DNA of 64,000 nt from contig CBDDPY010000002.1 in NCBI GenBank assembly GCA_965232515.1, forward strand, positions 5,824,001 through 5,888,000, in the 5' to 3' direction. Both the position numbers and the translations under genes were made by a program. The first letter of the stretch is position 1. Each line of letters opens with the position of its first letter. Shown in pieces: positions 1 through 10,562 of the stretch. Source of the stretch: Alphaproteobacteria bacterium. Lineage in GTDB: Bacteria > Pseudomonadota > Alphaproteobacteria > GCA-2731375. A model generated the notes under the pieces. That model saw only the letters and a program-made list of their open reading frames with translations. It made no database searches and was not told the origin of the DNA.

Positions 1-16
1 TCCGATCGGACGGCGC

Positions 17-784
17 ATGGACTTCGCCGCCGGTTTGGCGCGTGAAGCCGGGCGTCTTGCGCTGACCTATTTCGACGCCCGCGAAAGCCTGGCGGTCAAG
101 GACAAGGGCCCGCAGGACATGGCCACCGAGGCGGATCTGAACGTCGAGTCGCTGATCCGCGAACGCCTCTCGGCGACCTTCCCTGAAGACGGTTTCGTCG
201 GCGAAGAAACGGGCGGCGAGGCGGCCGATGCCGACGCCGCCGTCTGGGTGGTCGATCCGATTGACGGGACGGCGTGCTTTGTCGTCGGCATCCCGACCTG
301 GTGCGTCTCGATCGGTTTCGCCCGCGCCGGCCGGATCGAGCTGGGCGTGATCTACGATCCGAACAGCGACGAATTGTTCGTCGGCCGACGGGGTCATGGC
401 GCGACGCTGAACGGCGCCGAAATGCGCATCAGCGCGGCCGACGATTTCAGCCAGGGCATGACCGGGCTCGGTTTTTCGCATCGGGTCGATCCGCCCAGCT
501 TTGTCGGCGTTGCCGATCGGCTGCTGCGTGCCGGCGGCATGCTGCATCGCTGCGGTTCCGGCGCCCTGTCGCTGGCCTACGTCGCGGCGGGCCGGCTGAA
601 CGGCTACTATGAGCCGCATATGAACGCCTGGGACTCGGTCGCCGGCGTGGCGCTGGTCCAGGCCGCCGGGGGTTGGACCAACGACGTGCTGGCGAACGGC
701 GGCCTGGCGAAGGGGTCGGCCGTGCTTGCGGCCGCGCCCGGCCTGAAGGACGCCCTGCAGCGGCTGGTGTCGTGCGACGGCTGA
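17..784 (+). CDS. Inositol monophosphatase family protein (start may lie before the window)
   Basis: GEE, WVVDPIDGT and WDSVAG motifs of the IMPase family. Confidence 0.9.
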   Translation: MDFAAGLAREAGRLALTYFDARESLAVKDKGPQDMATEADLNVESLIRERLSATFPEDGFVGEETGGEAADADAAVWVVDPIDGTACFVVGIPTWCVSIGFARAGRIELGVIYDPNSDELFVGRRGHGATLNGAEMRISAADDFSQGMTGLGFSHRVDPPSFVGVADRLLRAGGMLHRCGSGALSLAYVAAGRLNGYYEPHMNAWDSVAGVALVQAAGGWTNDVLANGGLAKGSAVLAAAPGLKDALQRLVSCDG

Positions 785-799
785 ACGAACGGATGATGC

Positions 800-1708
800 A
801 TGACTGACCGACAAGCCGGCGTGGTTTCACTCGGACTCGGCGCGACGCAGGTCGATGTCTGTCCCGCCGCCGGCGGCTCGGTGGCGCGGTATCGCACAAC
901 GACGGGCGATCGGACGATCGACTGGCTCCGGCCCGCATCGGCGGACACGTTGCGTGACGGCGATCCGCTCGGTATGGCCAGCTTCCCGCTGGTGCCGTTT
1001 TCGAACCGTATTCGACAGGGCCGGTTCGACTTCGGTGGGCGTCGAGTGACGCTGCCGCTGAACCGGTCCGATATGCCGCATGCGATCCATGGTCATGGCT
1101 GGCAAACGGCCTGGACGGTGGCGGACCGGTCGGCCGATGCACTGACGCTCGAATACACGCACGCGGCCGGTGCCTGGCCGTTTCCTTACCGCGCGCGGCA
1201 GCATTTCGTGCTGACGGATATCGCTCTGACGATCACCATCGGGGTCGAGAACACCGGTGACGAGCCGATGCCGGCCGGCCTTGGCCTGCATCCCTACTTC
1301 AATCGGGGCGGCGGTGCGCGGGTATCCGCGGCCGTGGAAGCCGTCTGGCTGACCGACGACGAGGTGATGCCGACGGAAAGAACCGCGGTGCCGTCGGGTT
1401 GGCGGCTGGCCGATGGCCTCGATGTCGATGCCGTCGCGCTCGACAACGGCTTCACCGGCTGGAACGGCGAGGCCCAGATCCGGTGGCCGGCAAGCGGCGA
1501 AGCGCTATCGATCGAGGCCGATGCGGCGTTCGGGTATCTGGTGGTGTTCACGCCGCCTGGCGCCGACTTCTTCTGCGCCGAGCCGGTGAGCCATTGCACC
1601 GACGCCTTCAACATGGCAGCCGCCGGCAGGGACGACACCGGCATGGCCGTGCTGGCGCCGGGAAAGGCGTTAAGCGGCAGCGTGACGTTCACGCCGCGGC
1701 TTGATTGA
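800..1708 (+). CDS. Aldose 1-epimerase family protein
   Basis: FPLVPFSNRI, HAIHGHG, GLHPYF and CAEPVSH motifs. Confidence 0.9.
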   Translation: MTDRQAGVVSLGLGATQVDVCPAAGGSVARYRTTTGDRTIDWLRPASADTLRDGDPLGMASFPLVPFSNRIRQGRFDFGGRRVTLPLNRSDMPHAIHGHGWQTAWTVADRSADALTLEYTHAAGAWPFPYRARQHFVLTDIALTITIGVENTGDEPMPAGLGLHPYFNRGGGARVSAAVEAVWLTDDEVMPTERTAVPSGWRLADGLDVDAVALDNGFTGWNGEAQIRWPASGEALSIEADAAFGYLVVFTPPGADFFCAEPVSHCTDAFNMAAAGRDDTGMAVLAPGKALSGSVTFTPRLD

Positions 1709-1711
1709 GCG

Positions 1712-2584
1712 TCAGCCGGCGAAAAGCGGCGCCGGCAGGCCGCGGACGCCGGCATCGACCCGGAACAGGCCGCCGGCGAGCGGCTGCTTGGCGCGGGCTT
1801 CGGCACCGAGGCCGATCGTGGCGGTGGTGACGTAGAGGGCATCGAGATCGGGGCCGCCGAAGGCGCATTTCGTGACCCGACCGACCGGCATCTCGATGAT
1901 GCGGTCGACGCGGCCGTCGGGCGCGAACCGGGTCAGCCGCCAGCCGTCCCAGTGTCCGGCCCAGAGATGGTTCTCGGCATCGATGGTCAGGCCGTCGGGA
2001 TAGCCGGCGCCGTCGGGGAACTCGATATGGACGCGCTTGTTGGCGAGGCCGTCATCGGTCACGTCGAAGGCATAGATCAGCCGCTTGAAGGTGTCGGCAT
2101 GGTAGCAAGTGCGGCCGTCGGTGCTGAAGGCCGGGCCGTTCGTGACCACATAGCCGTCATCCATGGCCCGCCAGGAGAGGTCGGAGTCGAGGCGGTAGAG
2201 CTTGCCCGTCGGTTGCCCTTCGCTGTCGTCCATCGAGCCGGCCCAGAAGCGGCCCGCCGCGTCGCAGACGCCGTCATTGAAGCGGTTATCGGGCAGGTCC
2301 GGCTCGGGATCGCCGATAGCCTTAAACGTGCCGGCGGCGGGATCGACGAACTTGAAGCCGGTTTTGCAGCCCGCGACGAAGCCGGCCGCGTCGCGGCGCT
2401 TGGCGATGCAGCCGATACGTTCCGGCATCGGCCAGGTATCCGTCGCGCCGGTCTCGGGCCGATAGCGGTTGATCGCCGGCGCCTTGATATCGACCCAGTA
2501 GAGGGCGCTCTCGGCCTCGACCCAGATAGGGCCTTCGCCGAGAACGGCGTTCGCGGCCCAGACGCACTCGATGTCGGTGGTCAT
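1712..2584 (-). CDS. SMP-30/gluconolactonase family sugar lactonase (xylonolactonase-like)
   Basis: C-terminal part of ORF 1712..3475 starting MTTDIECVW (ATG 2584, ATGA overlap with the upstream SDR); LGEGP, RFNDG, NGPAFS, PDGLTID motifs. Confidence 0.9.
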   Translation of the reverse strand: MTTDIECVWAANAVLGEGPIWVEAESALYWVDIKAPAINRYRPETGATDTWPMPERIGCIAKRRDAAGFVAGCKTGFKFVDPAAGTFKAIGDPEPDLPDNRFNDGVCDAAGRFWAGSMDDSEGQPTGKLYRLDSDLSWRAMDDGYVVTNGPAFSTDGRTCYHADTFKRLIYAFDVTDDGLANKRVHIEFPDGAGYPDGLTIDAENHLWAGHWDGWRLTRFAPDGRVDRIIEMPVGRVTKCAFGGPDLDALYVTTATIGLGAEARAKQPLAGGLFRVDAGVRGLPAPLFAG

Positions 2585-3348
2585 ACCCAGCCGCCGTCGA
2601 CGATATAGTTCTGCGACGTGCAGGCGGCGCTGTCGTCGGAGGCCAGGAACAGCACGGGCCGGGCGATATCGTCGGGATAGAGCTTGCGCTTCAGGCATTG
2701 CCGCGTCATCAGCTCCTGCTCGCCCTCCGGCGTCAGCCACAGGCGCTCCTGCCGCTCGGTCATGATCCAGCCCGGCAGGATCGAATTCACCCGGATGTTC
2801 ATCGGGCCGAGGTCGCGGGCGAGCGAGCGGGTCAGGCCGACGATCGCCGACTTGGCGGCGGAATAGCCGGCCATGCCGCCCTGGCCGGCAAGCCAGGTGG
2901 TCGATCCCATGTTGACGATCGAGCCGCCGCCGGCGACAGCCATGCCCTTGTGCACGGCCTGGGCGGCGAAGAACTGATGCCGCAGATTCACCGCCATGCG
3001 GTCGTCCCAGTATTCGGCCGTCACCTTGTCCAGCGGATGACGTTCGTCGTGCGCTGCGTTGTTGACCAGAACCCGGATCGCGCCGAGTCGGTCGGCGGCC
3101 TTGGCAACGCAATCCTGAAGCTGGTCGATGTCGCGCAGGTCGCAGGGCAGGAACAGCGGCTCCGGATCGCCTTTCGCCGCGATCTCCTCGGCCAGCATCT
3201 CCGACGGCTCCGCGGCGATGTCGACGAAGGCGACCTTGGCGCCCTGCGCGCAGAAGTGTTCGACAATGGCCGCGCCGATGCCGGAGCCGCCGCCGGTCAC
3301 GAATACGACGCGGTCTTTCAGGCTGGGATAGACGGCGTATGCCGGCAT
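2581..3348 (-). CDS. SDR-family aldose dehydrogenase (D-xylose 1-dehydrogenase-like)
   Basis: YPSLKDRVVFVTGGGSGIG, NNAAHD, YSAAK; paired with a lactonase as in the Caulobacter xylB-xylC arrangement. Confidence 0.85.
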   Translation of the reverse strand: MPAYAVYPSLKDRVVFVTGGGSGIGAAIVEHFCAQGAKVAFVDIAAEPSEMLAEEIAAKGDPEPLFLPCDLRDIDQLQDCVAKAADRLGAIRVLVNNAAHDERHPLDKVTAEYWDDRMAVNLRHQFFAAQAVHKGMAVAGGGSIVNMGSTTWLAGQGGMAGYSAAKSAIVGLTRSLARDLGPMNIRVNSILPGWIMTERQERLWLTPEGEQELMTRQCLKRKLYPDDIARPVLFLASDDSAACTSQNYIVDGGWV

Positions 3349-3371
3349 GTCTCGATCTCCTCGCTCGGTGT

Positions 3372-4202
3372 CTAGAGCTTATAGACGCGCGCGGCGTTGC
3401 CACCAAAGATCTTCGGCGTGTCATCGGCGGAAAGACCCGAGAGACAAGCGTTGACGGCCTGCCACCAGTCGCCATAGCCGGCGGTCTCGGTCAGCACCGG
3501 CCAGTCGCTGCCCCAGATCAGGCGGCCGGGACCGAAGCAGTCGAGCAGGTGATCGACATAGCGGCGCAGGCCGTCGACGGACCAGTCCGGTCCGGCCTCG
3601 GTGATCAGGCCGGAGAGCTTGCAGTCGGCGTCCGTCTCGGCCGCGAGGCGCGCCATATGCGCGGCCCAATCGTCAAACGCGCCGGCGGCGATGTCGGGCT
3701 TGGCGCCGTGGCAGATCACGGCGCGCATGTCGGCGTGGCGGGCGAGCAGGTCGTGCAGGTAGGGCAGCTGCGGCGGCTTCACCAGGCACTCGAACACCAG
3801 ATCCAGCTCGACGACGGCGCGGTAGGCGGGCGTCAGGGCCTCGCCCAACATCCAGTCGGCTTGAGGGATGTCCTGGATCATCGGCCGGATGCCCTTCAGG
3901 TAGGGATTGCCGGCGAGGCGTGCGAGCGTCGCCGCGGCGTCGGCGCTTTCCATATCGATCCAACCCACGACGCCGGCGACCATGTCGTGCGCCGCGGCCT
4001 GTTCCAGCATGAACTCGGTTTCGGCCACCGTCGCGGCAGCCTGCACCAGTACGATACGGTCGATACCGGCCGCCTCGAGATGCGGGCGGATGTCGTCCGC
4101 GCCGAAATCCCGGTTCAGCGCCGTTTGCTGCGGCTGGATCCAGGTGTAGTCGCCGCGCGCCAGGCGCCAGAAATGCACATGCGCATCGATGCGGTCGGAC
4201 AT
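3372..4202 (-). CDS. Amidohydrolase_2 family sugar lactonase (L-fuconolactonase-like)
   Basis: IDAHVHFW, HGAKP, KLSGL, WGSDWPV; start taken at MSDRIDAH. Confidence 0.85.
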   Translation of the reverse strand: MSDRIDAHVHFWRLARGDYTWIQPQQTALNRDFGADDIRPHLEAAGIDRIVLVQAAATVAETEFMLEQAAAHDMVAGVVGWIDMESADAAATLARLAGNPYLKGIRPMIQDIPQADWMLGEALTPAYRAVVELDLVFECLVKPPQLPYLHDLLARHADMRAVICHGAKPDIAAGAFDDWAAHMARLAAETDADCKLSGLITEAGPDWSVDGLRRYVDHLLDCFGPGRLIWGSDWPVLTETAGYGDWWQAVNACLSGLSADDTPKIFGGNAARVYKL

Positions 4203-4210
4203 GCCGCGGA

Positions 4211-5242
4211 TCAGTCCGGTGTCGGGGCGTCGGCGCGCAACAGACCCTCGGCCTTGAGCTCGGCCCACAGGTCGCCCGGGATCGGTGCGTTGATGGTCGT
4301 GACGTTGCGCTCGACCTCATCGGCGTTGACGGCGCCCGGGATCACCGAGGCGACGACGGGATGCGCCAGCGGGAACTGCAGCGCCGCGCTGGCAAGCGTC
4401 ACATCGTGCCGGGCGCAAACGGCCTCGATGGCCTCGACGCGGGCCAGGATCTCCGGCGGCGCGGGCTGATAGTTATAGTAGGCGCCGTCGATGGCGCCGG
4501 TCGCCAGGATGCCGGTGTTGTAGGGACCGCCGATGACGATGCCGATACCACGTTCCGCGCAGCGCGGCATCAGATCGTCGAGCGCGTCCTGCTCCAGCAA
4601 GGTATAGCGACCCGCCAGCAGGAAGGCGTCGAAGTCGCCGATGTCGGTTAGCGCCATGCAGGCTTCGGACTCGTTGACGCCGGCGCCGATGGCCCTGACC
4701 ACGCCCTCGTCGCGCAGCTTGGCGACGGCCTTGTAGGCGCCGTCGGCGACCTCGCGCAGGCGCTGCCGCCAGACCTCGCGGCTGCCATGCGTCCAGATGT
4801 CGACGTCGTGGATCAGCAACAGGTCGATGCGGTGCATGCCGAGGCGCTGCAGGCTGTCCTCGAACGAACGCATGACGGCGTCATAGGAATAGTCCGTCTC
4901 GCGGGCGAACGGCAGGGTGCGTTTGAAGATGCCGGCGTCGAAGTTCGATGGGTCGGCGGGCCGCAGCATCCAGCCGACTTTGGTCGACAGAATATAGTCG
5001 TCGCGCGGCCGCTGGCGCAGGGCATGGCCCATGCGGTGCTCACTGAGACCGTGGCCATAGAGCGGCGCCGTGTCGAAGAACCGCACGCCGGTCTGCCAAG
5101 CGGCGTCGATGGCGGCGGTGACCTGCGTCTCCGGCAGCGCGGCATACATGTTGCCGAACGGCGCCCCACCGAGGCCGAGGGCCGTCACCGAGACGTCGCT
5201 GCGACCGAGCCGGTTCGGATGGTCGGCGTGCAAATCAAGCAC
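4211..5242 (-). CDS. Aldo/keto reductase (D-threo-aldose/L-fucose dehydrogenase-like)
   Basis: FDTAPLYGHGLSE, STKVG, IHDVD, LAGRYTLL. Confidence 0.85.
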   Translation of the reverse strand: MLDLHADHPNRLGRSDVSVTALGLGGAPFGNMYAALPETQVTAAIDAAWQTGVRFFDTAPLYGHGLSEHRMGHALRQRPRDDYILSTKVGWMLRPADPSNFDAGIFKRTLPFARETDYSYDAVMRSFEDSLQRLGMHRIDLLLIHDVDIWTHGSREVWRQRLREVADGAYKAVAKLRDEGVVRAIGAGVNESEACMALTDIGDFDAFLLAGRYTLLEQDALDDLMPRCAERGIGIVIGGPYNTGILATGAIDGAYYNYQPAPPEILARVEAIEAVCARHDVTLASAALQFPLAHPVVASVIPGAVNADEVERNVTTINAPIPGDLWAELKAEGLLRADAPTPD

Positions 5243-5252
5243 CCCCTAGTGG

Positions 5253-5289
5253 GCCTTCTCCCCGGGATTAGCAATCCCGGGGAGAAGGC
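5253..5289. repeat. Perfect 17-bp inverted repeat just downstream of the solute-binding protein gene
   Basis: gccttctccccgggatt-agc-aatcccggggagaaggc. Confidence 0.8.
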
Positions 5290-5298
5290 AGGCGACGA

Positions 5299-6297
5299 TC
5301 AGCCGGACAGGCAGCTGTCGGCGTTGGCCTCGTCGCAGACGTCGAGGCCGGTATAGATCGGGTCGGCGACCTGCTTGCCTTCGAGAATGTCCTTCAGGAT
5401 GAACATGGCCTTGTAGCCCATCTCGTAGGGGCGCTGGCCGACCTGGCCGTGGCTGAGTCCGTCCTTCAGGATGTCCATCTGCATCGGCAGCGTGTCGGCG
5501 ACGACCAGCAGGGTCTGCTTGTTCTTGATGCGGTCGATGTGCTTGTCCGCGACCTGCCGATAGGCCTTGGCGACGAATTGCGGGAAGCCGCCGGTCGGCA
5601 CGAAGGCATCTAGTTTCGGATACTTCGCCAGGATGTCGGCCATCTGCTGCACCGACAGCGGGAAGTCGTCGTTGGTATAGAGCGGGCAGCCGTCGACTTC
5701 GGTCCAGCCGTTGGTCCCTTCCAGCCGCTCGCCCGGCGGTTGCGTGCTGGCCTGGCCGGACAGCGTGTCGCGGATACCCTGCATGCGCTCGTTATGATTG
5801 GCGGCCGCGGCGCCACCGGACTGGATGCAGATGCTGCCGCCGCCCGGCTTCATCTGCATGGCGAGCTTGGCGAGATTGACGCCGATATCGTAGTTCTTGG
5901 TGCCGACATAGGTCATGCGCATCTTCTTGTCGCGCTCCAGCAGGTCGGAATCCCAAGTGATTGTCGGAATGCCGGCCGCTTTCGCCGCCTGGAAGATGCG
6001 GGCCATGGCCGGCGCGTTCGACGGCGCCACGGCGATGCCGTCGACCCGGCGGGTAATCAGATCCTGGACGATCTGGATCTGCTCCTGCTCGGTATGCTCG
6101 CCCGGGCCGATATAGAGGCACTCGACGTTCGCCAGCTCGGCTTCGGCCTTCTTGCAGCCGTCGCGCGCCAGGTCGAAGAACGGATTGTTCATCGCCTTCG
6201 GCACGAGCGCGAAGGTGAACGTTTTATCCTGCGCGCCCGCCGTCAGCGGCAGTGCCAGCACGGCCGCGACGATCGCAAGTCCGATGGTACGTTTCAT
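5299..6297 (-). CDS. Sugar ABC transporter periplasmic binding protein (RbsB-like)
   Basis: Signal peptide, PKAMNNPFF, DGIAVAP, GQRPYEMGY. Confidence 0.92.
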   Translation of the reverse strand: MKRTIGLAIVAAVLALPLTAGAQDKTFTFALVPKAMNNPFFDLARDGCKKAEAELANVECLYIGPGEHTEQEQIQIVQDLITRRVDGIAVAPSNAPAMARIFQAAKAAGIPTITWDSDLLERDKKMRMTYVGTKNYDIGVNLAKLAMQMKPGGGSICIQSGGAAAANHNERMQGIRDTLSGQASTQPPGERLEGTNGWTEVDGCPLYTNDDFPLSVQQMADILAKYPKLDAFVPTGGFPQFVAKAYRQVADKHIDRIKNKQTLLVVADTLPMQMDILKDGLSHGQVGQRPYEMGYKAMFILKDILEGKQVADPIYTGLDVCDEANADSCLSG

Positions 6298-6345
6298 GAC
6301 AATTCCCTCCCTATCCCAGGTGGATAACGTGGCCGGGCATGCTGT

Positions 6346-7340
6346 TCAGCCCGACCGTTTTCCGCGGACCCGTTCAAGCAGGACCGCGAGAATGATGAAC
6401 AGGCCGACGAAGGCGCCCTGCCAATAGGGGTCGACGCCGGCCAGCAGCAGGCTGTTGCGGATTACCTCGATCAGCGCGGCGCCGATCATCGCGCCATAGG
6501 CGCCGCCCTGTCCGCCCATCAGGTTGGCGCCGCCGATCACGGTCGAGGCGATGACCCGCAACTCGTAGGTCATGCCGAGCGCGTTTGTCACCGCGCCCAG
6601 CCAGCCGACGATCAGGATCGCCGCGACGCCCGCCATCAGGCCGGACATCATATAAACCGTGACCTTGATCATATCGACGGGAACGCCGGTCAGGCGCGCC
6701 GCTTGCTCGTTGCCGCCGATGGCGAACACATGCCGGCCCCAGGCGGTGAAGTTGAAGATGAAGCCGAACAGCAGCGTCAGCACGACAAGCACGATCACGG
6801 GATGCGCGACCCCAAACGTGGTGCCGCCGCCCATGGCGAAGAACAGCTCTTCGTCCGGGCCGAACTGGTAAATCATCTTATTGTTGGAAACGACGAGCGC
6901 CAGGCTGCGCGCGATGCTCAGCATGCCGAGCGTGACGACGAACGGCGAGAGCTGCAGATAGGCGATCAGCACGCCGTTGACTGCACCACAGGCCAGCGCC
7001 GTCAACAGTCCGGCGCTGATGCCGACCCAGAGCGGGAAGCCCGCGTTCAGCACCAGGCCCGTGACGATGCCGACCAGCCCCATGATCGAGCCGACCGAGA
7101 GATCGATACCGGCGGTAATGATCACCGCCGTCATGCCCAGCGCCATGATGCCGATGAAGGCGAAGTTGCGCGTGATGTTGAAGAAGTTCTCGCCGGTCGC
7201 GAAGGCCTCCGACACCATGGACATGACGATGCAGATGCCGACGACAGAGACGGTCACCCAGAACGGCTGACTGCCGGCCAGCTTCTGCAGCGCATTGCTC
7301 TCGCGCTGCGTTGCGATCTGCTGCAGCGAAGCCTGCTCTG

Positions 7341-7344
<4 letters not shown>
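6346..7344 (-). CDS. Sugar ABC transporter permease (RbsC-like)
   Basis: GIDLSVGS, AIGGNEQAARLTGV, multiple hydrophobic segments. Confidence 0.93.
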
Positions 7345-8081
<737 letters not shown>

Positions 8082-8232
8082 CAACAGCCCTCCCTGCCGG
8101 GCTTGGCGGCATTCTTGTCATCGGCCCAAGACTATCCGTCCAGGGGCCGTGCCGGCCGCAGTCTTTGGCCGCCATTTGGCGCCCGGCGACCACATTATGC
8201 CCGAGAAAGCAACACCTGCAAGGAAACGCGCG

Positions 8233-9360
8233 CTAACCTTCGGCAATTTCAATCCATTGCTGTTCGGCCGCCGACGCCATCACGGCGTCGATCACCTTCT
8301 GGACCCGCCACGCTTCCCGGAAATCCGGCCAAGCGTCGCGTTCGCCCGCCAGCGCCTCGACCAGGTCGCGAACCTCGATCGTTTTCATGTCGTTGAAGCC
8401 CAATTGGTGGCCCGGCGCCGGACAGAAATCGCCATAAGGTGGATGATCGGGGCCGGCGGTGATGGTCTTGAAGCCATCGCGGCCCGGCGGCTGGCTCGGC
8501 GCATACAGCTTCAGCTCGTTCATCCGTTCCTGCGTAAAGGCGATTGCGCCGCGGCTGCCGGTGATCTCGTATGCCAGCTGCATCTTCCGGCCCGCCGCCA
8601 CCCAGCTGGCTTCGATGACGCCACCGGCGCCGTTGGCAAAGCGTACCAAAGCCCGCGCCTGGTCGTCCTGATCGATCGTGCGGGTTTCCGGCTCGCCGGC
8701 CCGGACCGGGCGTTCCTTCACGACGGTCTCCAGCTGCCCACAGACCGACACGATATCGCCGACGAGGAAACGCGCCATGGAGATCAGGTGACTGCCGAGA
8801 TCGCCCAGCGCGCCGGAACCGCTCGCCGGGTCCAGCCGCCAGCTGAACGGCGTCGCCGGATCCGCCATGTAGTCCTCCGCATGGATGCCGCGAAAGTTCA
8901 CGACCTCACCGATCTCGCCGCTCTGCACGATGTCGCGGGCCAGCGCCGCCATCGGGTTCTTCAGATAATTGAAGCCGACGAAGGTCTTGACCCCGGCGGC
9001 CTCGGCCGCGTCGACCATGGCCTTGGCTTCTTCGGCGGTGGGCGCCAGCGGCTTCTCGCAATAGACATGCTTCCCCGCCGCAATCGCGGCGAGCGCCATG
9101 GGCTTGTGCAGTACGTTCGGCGTCGTGATGTCGACCAGATCGACGGCGGGTTCGGCAACCAGGCTGCGCCAGTCACCCGTGCCGCGGGCGAAGCCGAGAC
9201 TGGCGGCGGTGGCCTGGGCCAGTTTGTCTGTGGCGTCGGCCACGATCTCGAAATGCGGCTCGCGCGACAACGAAAACACGGCGGCGGCGCCGCGAAAGGC
9301 CAGCGTATGCGCGCGGCCCATGAAGCCGCCGCCAATCAATCCGATAGACAGTCGCTGCAT
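8233..9360 (-). CDS. Gfo/Idh/MocA oxidoreductase (inositol-isomer dehydrogenase-like)
   Basis: GLIGGGFMG, HVYCEKPLA, GALGDLGSH. Confidence 0.9.
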   Translation of the reverse strand: MQRLSIGLIGGGFMGRAHTLAFRGAAAVFSLSREPHFEIVADATDKLAQATAASLGFARGTGDWRSLVAEPAVDLVDITTPNVLHKPMALAAIAAGKHVYCEKPLAPTAEEAKAMVDAAEAAGVKTFVGFNYLKNPMAALARDIVQSGEIGEVVNFRGIHAEDYMADPATPFSWRLDPASGSGALGDLGSHLISMARFLVGDIVSVCGQLETVVKERPVRAGEPETRTIDQDDQARALVRFANGAGGVIEASWVAAGRKMQLAYEITGSRGAIAFTQERMNELKLYAPSQPPGRDGFKTITAGPDHPPYGDFCPAPGHQLGFNDMKTIEVRDLVEALAGERDAWPDFREAWRVQKVIDAVMASAAEQQWIEIAEG

Positions 9361-9392
9361 GTCATGTCCTTCGCTTGCCGTCCACGCGTCGG

Positions 9393-10391
9393 CTAGTAGC
9401 GCACCTCGACGCTGCGGCCGCTGCGCAAAGCTTCATTGGCGGCGTCGGCCAGGATCAGGGCGCGGCGGCCATCCTCAAAGGTGACGGAAGGCTCACGACC
9501 CTGCCCGACCGCGTCGATAAAATCATCGAGCTCGTCGACATAGGCTTCCGGATAGCGTTCGATGAAGAACGGCATCAGGGGGTCGCGCGTCGCGGTGCCG
9601 GCCGGCGTGTAGCGCTCGATATCGGTGGCGCGGCGGTTGTCGGAGCGCACCATGCCCTTGGCGCCGAAGACCTCCACGCGCTGGTCGTATCCGTAGACCG
9701 CGCGGCGCGAGTTGTTGATATGGCAAAGCGCGCCGGACTCGGTGCGCATCAGCACCATGGCCGTGTCGACGTCGCCCATGTCGTTCAGCTGTGGGTCGAC
9801 CATGACACTGCCGAAGGCGCTGATCTCGACCGGCTCCTCGCCCAGCATGAACCGCGCCAGATCGAAATCGTGGATCATCATGTCGCGGAACAGGCCGCCC
9901 GATACGCGCAGGTATTCGACCGGCGCCAGCGAGGGATCGCGGCTGGTGATGATGACCTGCTCGACGGCGCCGACCTCGCCGTCGCGCACCGCCCGCTGCA
10001 CCGCGCGGTGCGTCGGATCGTAGCGACGGTTGAAACCGATCTGCACCGGCACGCCACTGTCCTCGACGACCGTTCGGCAGGCCTCGACGCGGGCGATGTC
10101 GAGGTCGATCGGCTTCTCACACAGCACCGCCTTGCCGGCCGCGACGGCGGCGGTAATGAGCTCGACATGGGTGTCGGTCGACGACGCGATCAGGACTGCG
10201 CCCACGTCATCGTCGGCCAGCGCCTCCTCGACGCTGCGCGCCGACCTGGCGCCGTGCCGTTCGGCCGTCTGGTCCGCCGCCTCGGCATTGACGTCATAGA
10301 CATGTGCCAGGCGCGCGCGCCCGTTGTGGCCGAGATTGTCGGCGTGCATGCGCCCGATGCGCCCGGCGCCGAATAACGCGAACTGCAGCAT
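9393..10391 (-). CDS. iolG: myo-inositol 2-dehydrogenase
   Basis: GAGRIG, CEKPID, GFNRRYDP, SRDP, GGLFRDMMIHDFD, YGYDQR; divergent from iolDE. Confidence 0.9.
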   Translation of the reverse strand: MLQFALFGAGRIGRMHADNLGHNGRARLAHVYDVNAEAADQTAERHGARSARSVEEALADDDVGAVLIASSTDTHVELITAAVAAGKAVLCEKPIDLDIARVEACRTVVEDSGVPVQIGFNRRYDPTHRAVQRAVRDGEVGAVEQVIITSRDPSLAPVEYLRVSGGLFRDMMIHDFDLARFMLGEEPVEISAFGSVMVDPQLNDMGDVDTAMVLMRTESGALCHINNSRRAVYGYDQRVEVFGAKGMVRSDNRRATDIERYTPAGTATRDPLMPFFIERYPEAYVDELDDFIDAVGQGREPSVTFEDGRRALILADAANEALRSGRSVEVRY

Positions 10392-10562
10392 GCTGTCCCT
10401 CCCTTGCCCGGTTTCCGGCGACGGCTTCGACCTATGTCGTGCCGTTGAATTGCCGTAAGGTCAGCTTAACGACAAACCGGGGTCAATGCGGAATCGACGT
10501 TGCCGCGGCGGCTGAACCGATCATGGCATCGACCCCGATAGAAACAGTCAGGGGAGAGCCGC

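Noticed and set aside
1712-3475. 587-aa ORF that looks like a long lactonase
   Set aside because: The N-terminal half is an Arg-rich alternative frame over the SDR gene; the real gene starts at 2584
10455-10470. GTAA-N7-TTAAC CtrA-like sequence in the iolG/iolD spacer
   Set aside because: No reason to link iol genes to CtrA; it shows one-mismatch hits can arise by chance
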